The position numbers and the translations under genes are program-made. This document shows positions 17,419 through 26,473 of a stretch of DNA of 64,000 nucleotides, piece by piece. Within the stretch, counting starts at the first letter, position 1. Each line of letters opens with the position of its first letter. The notes under the pieces were generated by a model, which had not been told where the DNA came from, ran no database searches, and saw nothing but the letters and a program-made list of their open reading frames with translations. This DNA is from an uncultured Bacteroidales bacterium. GTDB lineage: Bacteria; Bacteroidota; Bacteroidia; Bacteroidales; UBA932. The DNA lies in NCBI GenBank assembly GCA_946403855.1, contig CAMJBH010000002.1, positions 27,063-91,062 of the forward strand. Reading direction: 5' to 3'.

Positions 17419-19863
17419 ATGAAAAGGCTGTTCTTTCTGTGTCTTCTTGTGCTGGGCTCGTGCTCGCAAGCTATTACTTCGTCGTACATTGACTTCAATG
17501 AAGGCTGGCTGTTTTCTCTCGACGAAGCGCCGGAGCGCACTGTCGATCTGCCACACGACTGGGGCGTTGAGAGTGAGTTCAAGCAGGAGTATCCCGGAGA
17601 GACAGGTAAACTTCGCTGGTGGGGCAGAGCCTCATACCGCAAGAAACTCAAGCTGAGCGAAAGCGATCTTCAGGGGGTTGTGCGCCTGGAGATAGGCGGG
17701 GCCATGTCTAACTCGAAAGTGCTCGTAAACGGCCAGGAGGCCGGAGGATGGCCCTATGGCTACGCTTCCTATAATGTGGACCTTACTCCATATCTGAGGC
17801 CCGGAGAGAACGAAATATGCGTGCAGCTGGACAATCCCGAAGAGTCGTCACGGTGGTATCCCGGCGGCGGTTTGTACCGCAACGTGAAGCTCATACGTGC
17901 GCCAAAGGCCGGCATCGAGCCCTGGGGCGTCTGTGTTTTGACGCCGGAGGTGTCGGACAGTCGGGCTTCGGTAGAAGTACGTACGAGCCTGCGCATCGAC
18001 CCCTCGTGCCTTCCCGACGATTCGAAATGCACAGTCAAAACTGTTCTCCGCAAGAGCGGAAGCACAAGCGTGATTGATGAATGCGAATCGGAGCAGTCTG
18101 TTGCCGACGGGCTTTCCGTCTGTTCCCGGCTGGCTGTCCCTTCTCCGGAACTATGGTCGCCAGAGAATCCTGCAATGTATGAAGTTGACGTGCAGGTGAG
18201 CGGCACCATTGGCGGGAGAGCCTTTGTGGACAGGTGTGTGCAACCTTTCGGTATCCGTAAGGCTGAGTTCCGTGCCGACGGATTCTACCTTAACGGAGCC
18301 AGGACCTTCCTACGCGGCGTTTGCCTGCATCACGACGCGGGCGCCTTGGGGGCTGCCTGGTACACCGATGCATGGGTGAGGCGTCTTCTTAAACTCAAGG
18401 AAATGGGGTGCAACGCAATACGTATGAGTCACAATCCTCCCGCCGCGGAACTTCTGGACTTGTGCGACAGCATGGGCTTTCTGGTCATAGACGAGCTAAC
18501 GGACACCTGGACGGTGCCCAAGAAAGAGAATGGCTATGCACGTTTGTTCGGGCAGTGGTCTGAACGTGACCTGTGTGCTATGATTCGCCGCGACCGTAAC
18601 CACCCGTCCATAATCCTTTGGAGCATAGGCAACGAGGTTGGGGAGCAGGGATTACCTGATAAATGGGAAATAGGACGCAAGCTGACGGAGATTTGCCACC
18701 GGGAAGATCCGACGCGTCCCTCCACGGCCGGCTGCGACAATCTGTGGGCTTCTTCGCAAGATTGGGCATCTGTCATAGACGTCTATGGCTTCAACTATAA
18801 GCCGCATGCATACCAGAATTTCCGCGACACCCATCCGGGACAGCCTTTCTACGGCTCGGAAACGGCATCCTGCATATCCACAAGGGGCTATTATCTTTTT
18901 CCCGTGAGTGATGAAAAAGACGGAGGATGGCTCGACGGCGCTCCCTATCAGGTGAGTTCTTATGACCTTTATGCTCCGGCCTGGGCGTCCAAGCCCGACT
19001 ATGAGTGGTACTACGAAGACATGGTTCCGGAGTGCGCCGGCGAATTCGTGTGGACCGGCTACGATTATCTCGGAGAGCCCACTCCCTACAACCTGGATCC
19101 CTCCGTGCTCACGAACTTCCATACCGAAGAAGAGAGGCAGAAAGCCATAGCGCAGTTTGCCGCCTGGGGACAGAAAGTGCTCATGGAGCCCTTGCCCTCC
19201 CGCAGCTCTTACTTTGGTATCATGGACCTGGCCGGCTTTCCCAAGGACCGTTTCTGGCTGTACCGCAGCCGTTGGTGCCCCGATGTGCCGACAGCTCATA
19301 TCCTGCCTCACTGGACATGGCCGGGCAGGGAAGGGGAGACTACTCCCGTGCATGTGTACACAAGCGGCAAGGTTGGGGAGCTGTTCCTCAATGGTAAATC
19401 TTTGGGAGTGAAGGAAATGGCTCCCGGAGAGTACAGACTCCGCTGGGACGGAGTCCGCTACAGCCCCGGCGAACTTCACGTACTTGTCTATAAAGACAAG
19501 GATGCATATTCGGCCAGGGAACTGTGGGCCGAAGACACTGTGCGTACGGCTCAGGAGGCATCGAAAATCCAGCTTACCCTCGACTATGGAGGGGACGATC
19601 TGGTGTTCGTGACTGCAGCCGTAACCGATGACTCCGGTGTTCTGGTCCCTGACGCAGATGCCCGGCTGTCTTTCAGCGTCAAAGGCCCGGCCAAGATACT
19701 TGCCACGGATGCTGGCGACCCCACCAGCCATGCTCCGTTCAGCAGTAGCTCAATCGATGCTTTTCACGGACTGGCGTCGGTCGTGATCCGCCGTACCGGA
19801 AGTGGTGGAATTGTGGTTTCTGCTGATTCAGAGGGTCTTAGAGCCGGCAGTCTCTCGTTGTAA
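17419..19863 (+). CDS. Glycoside hydrolase family 2 (beta-galactosidase-like)
   Basis: DLPHDW, SSRWYPGGGLYRNV, GVCLHHD, NAIRMSHNPP, RDRNHPSIILWSIGNE, FVWTGYDYLGEP. Confidence 0.93.
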   Translation: MKRLFFLCLLVLGSCSQAITSSYIDFNEGWLFSLDEAPERTVDLPHDWGVESEFKQEYPGETGKLRWWGRASYRKKLKLSESDLQGVVRLEIGGAMSNSKVLVNGQEAGGWPYGYASYNVDLTPYLRPGENEICVQLDNPEESSRWYPGGGLYRNVKLIRAPKAGIEPWGVCVLTPEVSDSRASVEVRTSLRIDPSCLPDDSKCTVKTVLRKSGSTSVIDECESEQSVADGLSVCSRLAVPSPELWSPENPAMYEVDVQVSGTIGGRAFVDRCVQPFGIRKAEFRADGFYLNGARTFLRGVCLHHDAGALGAAWYTDAWVRRLLKLKEMGCNAIRMSHNPPAAELLDLCDSMGFLVIDELTDTWTVPKKENGYARLFGQWSERDLCAMIRRDRNHPSIILWSIGNEVGEQGLPDKWEIGRKLTEICHREDPTRPSTAGCDNLWASSQDWASVIDVYGFNYKPHAYQNFRDTHPGQPFYGSETASCISTRGYYLFPVSDEKDGGWLDGAPYQVSSYDLYAPAWASKPDYEWYYEDMVPECAGEFVWTGYDYLGEPTPYNLDPSVLTNFHTEEERQKAIAQFAAWGQKVLMEPLPSRSSYFGIMDLAGFPKDRFWLYRSRWCPDVPTAHILPHWTWPGREGETTPVHVYTSGKVGELFLNGKSLGVKEMAPGEYRLRWDGVRYSPGELHVLVYKDKDAYSARELWAEDTVRTAQEASKIQLTLDYGGDDLVFVTAAVTDDSGVLVPDADARLSFSVKGPAKILATDAGDPTSHAPFSSSSIDAFHGLASVVIRRTGSGGIVVSADSEGLRAGSLSL

Positions 19864-19924
19864 GCAGTTCTAAGCAATTCCGTAAGGTGAACAATATTGT
19901 AAAATAATGTTATATTTGCATAAT

Positions 19925-21160
19925 ATGCGTAGGTGTGTACTAATCCTGTTAATTATTGTTGCATCTTTTGGACTGCAGTCTTGCGCTGAAAATGCACCGG
20001 GAACTCCTCAAAACGTCCCCGAACTGATTAAGGCCGTCCCGTCCGATGCTTTGTGCCTGGGGCTCTTCAGCCGTCTGGACAATGGGCTGGAGACTATGGT
20101 GGATTCGTCATCCCTTCTGCGTACTATCGATTATGGCCGGCTGGCACGTTCCCACGCGGCTATAGCCCTTTGCGACGTCGGTTCGATTGCCGAACTGCTG
20201 ATTATCGAAGCGGGACGCACCGGGTCGGATACGCTCGAAATTGCCAATAAGATTATGGTTCAGGCGGATTCGCTCAAGCTGTCCCATTCAATTCTGCCTG
20301 TCGGCTCTCATAACGCATTGCTGCTGAGTACATCATCTACCGTGATAACCATTGCCGGAAGGCATGTCGCTTCGGAGTCTTCGATATTGGATGCTCCGTA
20401 TTTCCAGGATGTGCTGGGCACTTTGCCCGGCGGCGACGCGGTGGTGCTTCGCAATCGCGGGGCTTTGCGTTTGTTCCCAAAGGGCTTCGGCCCCCTGAGC
20501 CGCAGGGAAACAGCTTCCTTTGTGCGTGATGCTGCCGAATGGACCGTTCTGAGCGATGGCTATTTATATCCCGTAGCTCCTGAGCTCGGGCGTTATTTCT
20601 GCAACTTTATGCAGGCCTTGCCCGGCGGTCCGTCCAAATTGCAGACTGCGTTCCCCGAGGGAGCGGCTGCAGTGTTCGATATCCCGCTTGGTCCAGGCGA
20701 TCAGTGGCGTAAGGCCTATGAGGCATGGCTGGACGCCAATATTGAGCTGGAACAATATGAGAAACGTATTCAGTCGCTTTCCAAGGCATCTGGTAAGAAC
20801 CCTCTGGATTGGGAAAAAGAACAAGGCGTCAAAGAAATTGCCTGCGTCATGATGCCAGACGGAACGGTGAATATGGTCCGCACTTCGAAGGCTCAGCAAG
20901 CCGAAGGAGTTCAGAAAAATCCTTATGCCGGGTTTGTACGCGCCTTGTACGGCTCTGCTTTCAATGCCTCGGACAGCCTGTGCCTGCGCAACGGCTCATG
21001 GCTTATCTGCGGCAGCAACAAAACTTTGCTTGACAGCCTTAAAATAGGATCAGAAAAGCCCGCTCAATGGCCTTCTTCCTCGAAAGTCGTGGCATGGAGT
21101 GCGGACGGGCAAATTAATTGGACAAAAGATAATATTAGAATATGGGATTCCAATCGGTAA
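19925..21160 (+). CDS. Hypothetical lipoprotein
   Basis: Lipobox LQSC. -7 box TATATTTG at 19911-19918 supports ATG 19925. Confidence 0.75.
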   Translation: MRRCVLILLIIVASFGLQSCAENAPGTPQNVPELIKAVPSDALCLGLFSRLDNGLETMVDSSSLLRTIDYGRLARSHAAIALCDVGSIAELLIIEAGRTGSDTLEIANKIMVQADSLKLSHSILPVGSHNALLLSTSSTVITIAGRHVASESSILDAPYFQDVLGTLPGGDAVVLRNRGALRLFPKGFGPLSRRETASFVRDAAEWTVLSDGYLYPVAPELGRYFCNFMQALPGGPSKLQTAFPEGAAAVFDIPLGPGDQWRKAYEAWLDANIELEQYEKRIQSLSKASGKNPLDWEKEQGVKEIACVMMPDGTVNMVRTSKAQQAEGVQKNPYAGFVRALYGSAFNASDSLCLRNGSWLICGSNKTLLDSLKIGSEKPAQWPSSSKVVAWSADGQINWTKDNIRIWDSNR

Positions 21161-22794
21161 ACAAACTCCTAGAGAAGAGCTTCAAGGAGCATTGGGACCG
21201 CGCAGCGCTCTCCAATTATCAGGGTGTCACTCTGAAATATTGCGACGTGGCAAAAAGGATTGCACTTTTGCACATCTGCTTCCGCGCCTGCGGACTGAAG
21301 AAAGGTGAAAAAGTGGCTTTATGTTCTCGCAACCAGGCCAACTGGGGCGTGTGCTTCATGGCTGCTACTACTTATGGTGCAGTGCCTGTACCGCTTCTGC
21401 ACGAGTTCAAGGCAGAGAATATTCATTATCTGGTGAATCATTCCGATGCCCGGGTCTTTTTTGTGGACGATACCATCTGGGAAGGGCTTTCCGAGAACGA
21501 AATGCCTAATGTGCAGGTAGTTGTGCAAATGTCGAATCTCTCTTACCTCTATGCCAGGGACGAGTCTTTCGTGCAGGCACGTGAGCAGTTGGCAGAGAAG
21601 TTCCGGGAGTTGTATCCTAACGGATTCAACAAAGACTGCCTCGACTATTACGAGGATTCTCCCGAAGAGCTGGCCCTGATCAATTATACTTCAGGAACAT
21701 CCGGTTTCTCCAAGGGAGTCATGCTGCCTTACCGTTCCCTGTGGACAAATATTCAGTTTGCTCGTGAAGCTGCAGAGCCGCAGATGACCTGCGAATCGCA
21801 CATGGTGGCCATGCTGCCGTCCGCCCATATGTACGGCATGATGTTCGAGTTCCTCTTCGAGATGACCATTGGCGCCCAAGTGCATTTCCTCACCAGGGTC
21901 CCCAGTCCCAAGGTCATCATGAAGGCATTCTCGGAGATTCATCCCGACGTTATTATTGCTGTGCCTCTGATTATCGAGAAAGTTTATAAATCCCAGATCA
22001 AACCTGTGGCAGAGAAGCACAAGACCTGGCTCCGCATTCCTATCGTGGACCATATCGTGCTCGGCAAGATCCGCGAGGGCCTTATCAAGGCATTCGGCGG
22101 CAACTTTGAGGAAGTCATTCTGGGAGGTGCCGCTTTCAATCCCGAGGTGGAGCAGTTCCTGCGCCGCGTAAAGTTCCCGTTCACAGTAGGTTACGGTATG
22201 ACCGAATGCGGCCCTATCATCACCTATGCTCACTGGAACCGCACCAAGCTGGGGTCTTGCGGCTATGCTATCCCCGGCTGTTCGATTCGTGTCGACTCTC
22301 CCGACCCTATGCGTATTCCGGGCGAGGTACAGGTCAAGGGCGACAATGTCTTCCTGGGCTACTACAATAACCGCGAGGCCACGAAGGCCGCATTCACCAA
22401 CGATAATTGGTTCAAGACGGGCGATATGGGCGTTATGGACAGCGACGGATATTTGTACCTGCGCGGTCGTTCCAAGTGCATGATTCTGGGACCTTCCGGC
22501 CAGAACATTTATCCCGAGGAGCTGGAAGCAGTGATAAACAATGTCAACTACGTTGTGGATTCCCTGGTCATCGAAGACAACGGCGGCCTTACGGCGCTCA
22601 TCTATCCCGATTACCGCTCCGCCCAGAATGATGATCTGGACGCCGATGCAGTGAAGGCGCGTATCAACGATTGTCTGCCGGAGATTAACAAGCAGCTTCC
22701 AGGATATGCCCAGATACGTAAGATAGAATTCCTTCCGGAAGACTTCGAGCGTACTCCCAAGCGCAGCATTAAACGTTATTTGTATCAGCGATAG
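21142..22794 (+). CDS. Long-chain fatty acid--CoA ligase (AMP-binding)
   Basis: YTSGTSGFSKG, GYGMTECGP, WFKTGDMG, GQNIYPEELE. Confidence 0.9.
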   Translation: MGFQSVNKLLEKSFKEHWDRAALSNYQGVTLKYCDVAKRIALLHICFRACGLKKGEKVALCSRNQANWGVCFMAATTYGAVPVPLLHEFKAENIHYLVNHSDARVFFVDDTIWEGLSENEMPNVQVVVQMSNLSYLYARDESFVQAREQLAEKFRELYPNGFNKDCLDYYEDSPEELALINYTSGTSGFSKGVMLPYRSLWTNIQFAREAAEPQMTCESHMVAMLPSAHMYGMMFEFLFEMTIGAQVHFLTRVPSPKVIMKAFSEIHPDVIIAVPLIIEKVYKSQIKPVAEKHKTWLRIPIVDHIVLGKIREGLIKAFGGNFEEVILGGAAFNPEVEQFLRRVKFPFTVGYGMTECGPIITYAHWNRTKLGSCGYAIPGCSIRVDSPDPMRIPGEVQVKGDNVFLGYYNNREATKAAFTNDNWFKTGDMGVMDSDGYLYLRGRSKCMILGPSGQNIYPEELEAVINNVNYVVDSLVIEDNGGLTALIYPDYRSAQNDDLDADAVKARINDCLPEINKQLPGYAQIRKIEFLPEDFERTPKRSIKRYLYQR

Positions 22795-22796
22795 AC

Positions 22797-23198
22797 ATGA
22801 TGAAATTCGATCAGCGATATATAGAGATGGCCGAGATCTGGGCCAAGAATTCGTATTGCAAGCGTCGCCAGGTGGGTGCCCTGCTGGTGAAGGACAATAT
22901 GATTATCTCGGACGGGTACAACGGCACGCCCTCCGGATTCGAGAATATTTGCGAGGAAAACGGGGTGACCAAGCCCTATGTGCTCCATGCCGAAGCGAAC
23001 GCTATCTCCAAGGTCGCAAAGTCCGGCAACAGCAGCCAGGGCGCGACACTTTACGTTACGGCCGCTCCATGTATAGAATGTGCTAAACTGATCATACAGA
23101 GCGGTATCAAGCGGGTTGTGTACAAAGATGAATACCGGCTTACCGACGGTGTGGACCTTCTTACGCGTGCCGGAATACAAGTGGAAAAGCTTGACTAG
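22797..23198 (+). CDS. dCMP deaminase family protein
   Basis: HAEANA and PCIEC zinc motifs, DGYNGTPSG. Confidence 0.92.
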   Translation: MMKFDQRYIEMAEIWAKNSYCKRRQVGALLVKDNMIISDGYNGTPSGFENICEENGVTKPYVLHAEANAISKVAKSGNSSQGATLYVTAAPCIECAKLIIQSGIKRVVYKDEYRLTDGVDLLTRAGIQVEKLD

Positions 23199-23202
23199 AA
23201 CA

Positions 23203-24729
23203 ATGAAGAAGAGTTCCATCATAACCTTGCTCCTGGGCGTCATCATCGGATTGGCGGCCGCCTTGTTCATGCATCAGATTTCAGGCAATACGAGGCGTCT
23301 GACTGCCAAGTATGACGACTGGCGCAAGCTTAACCTGATACTTCAGACTATAGATGACAATTATGTAGATTCTGTGGACCGCAAGAAGGCCACGGATGCC
23401 GCTATAGATGCCGTTCTTGCTACATTGGATCCGCATTCGGTGTATATGCCTCCGCAGCGCCTGGAAGCCTCGGAAGAGGATCTTTCGGGCAATTTCTCGG
23501 GCATCGGGATTCAGTTCAACGTGCCCAACGACACGGCCGTTGTGATTGAGGTGATTCCCGGGGGACCGGCCGAGAAGCTGGGAATGATGCCCGGAGACCG
23601 TCTGCTCAGGGTGGATACCACCAATATTGCCGGCGTGGAGTTTCCTCAGGACAGCATGGTGAGGCGCATGAAGGGACCCACCGGCACCAAGGTTAAGGTG
23701 ACGGTGAAGCGCGGCGACGAGACCATTCCCTTCGAGATAACCCGCGGCAAAGTGCCTACACATTCTGTAGATGCAGCCTTTATGGTGAACGATACTACAG
23801 GATTCCTGCGTCTGAGCAAGTTCTCGCGCACTACTGCAAGGGAGTTCGCCGACGCTACCGTAAAACTGAAGAATCAGGGCATGCAGCACTTGATTGTGGA
23901 CCTGCGCGACAATAGCGGCGGCTTCCTGGACCAGTCGTTGATGCTCTGCAATATGTTCCTCGACAAGGGACAGCTGATGGTTTATATGGACGGTCTGCAC
24001 CGCGATCATCAGGAATACAGGGCCGACGGCAGCGGGCATCTGCGCGACATCGGACTTACTCTGCTTGTATCCGACGGCACTGCGTCTTCCAGCGAGATTT
24101 TTGCCGGTGCCATGCAGGATAATGGCAGGGCCACACTTGTGGGACGCCGCACTTTCGGCAAAGGCCTGGTGCAGGAGCCGGTCTATTTTACCGATGGCTC
24201 CGGCATACGGCTTACCGTTGCACGCTATTACACTCCTTCGGGCCGCTGTATTCAGAAGCCCTATTCGGACGACTACGCCTACGATATCTACAAGCGTTAC
24301 GAAAGCGGGGAGATGCTGGCTGCCGACAGTATGAATGTTGCAAACGGCGGCATAATTCCCGATATTTTCGTTCCCATCGACACAACCAAGGTTGAATCGT
24401 TCTACATTAACTGCAACCGCAAGGCGACACCGATGCGCTTCGCTTCTGCGTTCTTTGATTCGCACAGGGCTGAGCTTCAGTCAATTGACTCTTATCCGGC
24501 GCTGCTTGACTATCTAGATGGGGCGTCTCTTGAAAGGCAGTTCCTGAACTTTGCGCTCAAGCGTGACGGCCTGAGCCCCAACCCTACCGAGTGGGAGGTG
24601 GAACGTAACTACATGATGACTCAGGTGAGGGCCTTGGTCGGGCGCTACTCCAAGCTCGGCGACAACGCCTTCTATCACCTCTATCTCCAGACCGACGACG
24701 TCTTCAAGGCCGCCATGGCCGCCCTCTAG
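23203..24729 (+). CDS. S41 family C-terminal processing peptidase
   Basis: LDPHS, PDZ domain GIGI..GGPAE, DLRDNSGG, TASSSEIFAG, TFGKGLVQ, ARYYTPSGR. Confidence 0.93.
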   Translation: MKKSSIITLLLGVIIGLAAALFMHQISGNTRRLTAKYDDWRKLNLILQTIDDNYVDSVDRKKATDAAIDAVLATLDPHSVYMPPQRLEASEEDLSGNFSGIGIQFNVPNDTAVVIEVIPGGPAEKLGMMPGDRLLRVDTTNIAGVEFPQDSMVRRMKGPTGTKVKVTVKRGDETIPFEITRGKVPTHSVDAAFMVNDTTGFLRLSKFSRTTAREFADATVKLKNQGMQHLIVDLRDNSGGFLDQSLMLCNMFLDKGQLMVYMDGLHRDHQEYRADGSGHLRDIGLTLLVSDGTASSSEIFAGAMQDNGRATLVGRRTFGKGLVQEPVYFTDGSGIRLTVARYYTPSGRCIQKPYSDDYAYDIYKRYESGEMLAADSMNVANGGIIPDIFVPIDTTKVESFYINCNRKATPMRFASAFFDSHRAELQSIDSYPALLDYLDGASLERQFLNFALKRDGLSPNPTEWEVERNYMMTQVRALVGRYSKLGDNAFYHLYLQTDDVFKAAMAAL

Positions 24730-24744
24730 CCTCCCTGGGGCCGG

Positions 24745-24860
24745 CGGGCAAGGTGCAGGAAAAGTGAGGGGACCTTGCCCGCCGATGTGGCTATGGCGCC
24801 TCTCTAGGGCATGTCGCCGGGCAAGGTCCCCGTTCTTTTTCGGCACCTTGCCCGTGAAAG
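24745..24860. repeat. REP doublet (REPIN-like nested palindrome), left copy
   Basis: Outer arms CGGGCAAGGTGC (24745-56) / GCACCTTGCCCG (24843-54). Inner arms GGGGACCTTGCCCG (24768-81) / CGGGCAAGGTCCCC (24818-31). Ends TGAAAG. Confidence 0.9.
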
Positions 24861-25769
24861 GTCGGGCTTAATGATGCGTTCTACTTCGCTTCGGGAGATG
24901 CCGAAGGTACGGGATAGTTGGGCTACCGTGGTCTTGCTTGTACGGTACATATAAAGGATGAGCCGAATCTTCTTCTCGACCGAAAGACAGGGCAGCCCGC
25001 TCTGGAACCAATTAACCGACAATTCATTGGCTGAATTCAAAAAATCCGTATCCGCCAGCATGGTTCTAGGGCCGTCAACCAACTTCCATGACATTTCAGA
25101 AGAATTCTGCCCTCCTATGGTCTTGAGAAAAAACGACAGATTGTTGTTGAAAGCCTGCTCCAAGTAAGTGTAGTCGCAGAAGCTGTAGGGGATAAGGTTA
25201 CCATCCTTGTCCAGCAGCCATGGAACATCGTCAAGTCTGTCGCCGGTGTGCATGGTTTCCCTTTTCTGTTGCTTTTTCAGAGTCTTAACCGGGGTTGCTC
25301 CAGGGCTGTTCCTTTCCCGAAACATGGCACTGAATCCCGACCATTTGTATTCATTAACGTTGCAACCGTTATCCAGGGCATTGCGTGGGATATAAGCAAG
25401 GGCGTTGCGGACATACCAGTCGCTGTCCAGGGCCATTGCTTTTATATCCACACCGAGCAAGCTCTTCTCATGGCCGTATTTACCGCTAAACCACATGGAG
25501 TATATCCGCTTGATTTCCTGCCCGTACTCATAGGCTTCTTCCTGGGTGTTCGCCAGCACTGCCACATGACAATGATTAGAAACAACTGCATAGATAATGA
25601 TAATGACATTTTTCCTTTTGGCGCAGACGCACATAATTTTGACCATGGCGTCGTAGTCATCATCATCTCTGAATAGTATCAGCCTTTCCATACCTTTCAT
25701 GCTTATATGGAAAGGCTGGACGTAAGCAGCTCTGCCATTAGGAAGACGGCGGAGGACAATTCGTTTCAT
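24804..25769 (-). CDS. REP-associated tyrosine transposase (Y1/HUH, IS200-like) with C-terminal HTH
   Basis: FHISMKG..LFRDDDDY, HuH motif NHCH, catalytic Tyr region AYIPRNA, EYKWSG, C-terminal TVAQLSRTFGISRSEVERI. Confidence 0.87.
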   Translation of the reverse strand: MKRIVLRRLPNGRAAYVQPFHISMKGMERLILFRDDDDYDAMVKIMCVCAKRKNVIIIIYAVVSNHCHVAVLANTQEEAYEYGQEIKRIYSMWFSGKYGHEKSLLGVDIKAMALDSDWYVRNALAYIPRNALDNGCNVNEYKWSGFSAMFRERNSPGATPVKTLKKQQKRETMHTGDRLDDVPWLLDKDGNLIPYSFCDYTYLEQAFNNNLSFFLKTIGGQNSSEMSWKLVDGPRTMLADTDFLNSANELSVNWFQSGLPCLSVEKKIRLILYMYRTSKTTVAQLSRTFGISRSEVERIIKPDLSRARCRKRTGTLPGDMP

Positions 25770-25770
25770 T

Positions 25771-26124
25771 TCAATTCGGCATTTTGGGCGGCTGAATCAT
25801 AGGGCCGAAGGTTATGACCTTACCTCCATTCTTTTCGAATTCTCTTTTGGCCTCTTTATGGGCTTTTGCCATATTCGCGGATTCCTGGTCGAGCATGCGG
25901 ATCATTTTCTTCCTATCCGCGCACACGGATAGGTCTGCTATGGACAGAGCCCTGATCATGGCGATAACGGCCTGCTCGTTGCCGCCCCACAGCTTGGTCA
26001 TCATGGTGAAAGAGGTGCCGGAGATGATGTCGATGATTTCTTGGGGATTGGTACTGGGATTGAAATCGGTTTCGAACCGATAGTCAAGAGGTCCATAGCG
26101 GAGCACTTTAAGAATTGTTTTCAT
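25771..26124 (-). CDS. Hypothetical protein coupled to the RAYT
   Basis: 117-aa ORF ending 1 nt before the RAYT start, with its own -7 box upstream. Confidence 0.75.
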   Translation of the reverse strand: MKTILKVLRYGPLDYRFETDFNPSTNPQEIIDIISGTSFTMMTKLWGGNEQAVIAMIRALSIADLSVCADRKKMIRMLDQESANMAKAHKEAKREFEKNGGKVITFGPMIQPPKMPN

Positions 26125-26153
26125 AATAATATAAGTTTAAGTAATTACGACTC

Positions 26154-26184
26154 CAAACATAGCACAATCTTGCTTAACTTCCAA
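26154..26184 (-). promoter_or_regulatory. Putative promoter for the ORF117-RAYT operon
   Basis: Minus-strand TATGTTTG at 26161-26154 and TTGG 19 nt upstream. Confidence 0.55.
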
Positions 26185-26202
26185 GCAAACACTGTACAAA
26201 TT

Positions 26203-26317
26203 GGGCAAGGTGTGATTATTTCGTGGGGACCTTGCCCGTCAATGTGGCTCTGGTACTTCTCTAAGGCATGTCGACGGGCAAGGTCCCCGCGTTTTTTCTG
26301 CACCTTGCCCGTGAAAG
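26203..26317. repeat. REP doublet, right copy
   Basis: GGGCAAGGTG..GGGGACCTTGCCCGTC..GACGGGCAAGGTCCCC..GCACCTTGCCCGTGAAAG, same orientation and similar spacer as the left copy. Confidence 0.9.
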
Positions 26318-26320
26318 GGC

Positions 26321-26473
26321 CCCCTGGGGGTGCAGGGGGATAGTTTTACCAGTTTATAGCTCCTACTGAGCTAACGGAGCGAAGTGACCGGGGTCAGTCT
26401 GAAGGGGTGTCCCCTTCAGTCCCCTGGGGGTGCAGGGGGATAGTTTTACCAGTTTATAGCTCCTACTGAGCTA
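26321..26473. repeat. Exact 53-bp direct repeat with 100-bp period enclosing a small palindrome
   Basis: 26321-26373 equals 26421-26473. The spacer contains CTGAAGGGG-TGT-CCCCTTCAG. Confidence 0.93.

Larger units (their letters stand above)
24745..26317. mobile_element. REPtron: RAYT plus upstream unknown gene between two REP doublets
   Basis: Y1 HUH transposase flanked on both sides by similar ~115-bp palindromic repeats in direct orientation, sitting between two convergent host genes. Confidence 0.8.

Noticed and set aside
16343-19863. Island integrated at tRNA-Arg (EEP plus GH2)
   Set aside because: No integrase, no duplicated tRNA end and no clear compositional shift.
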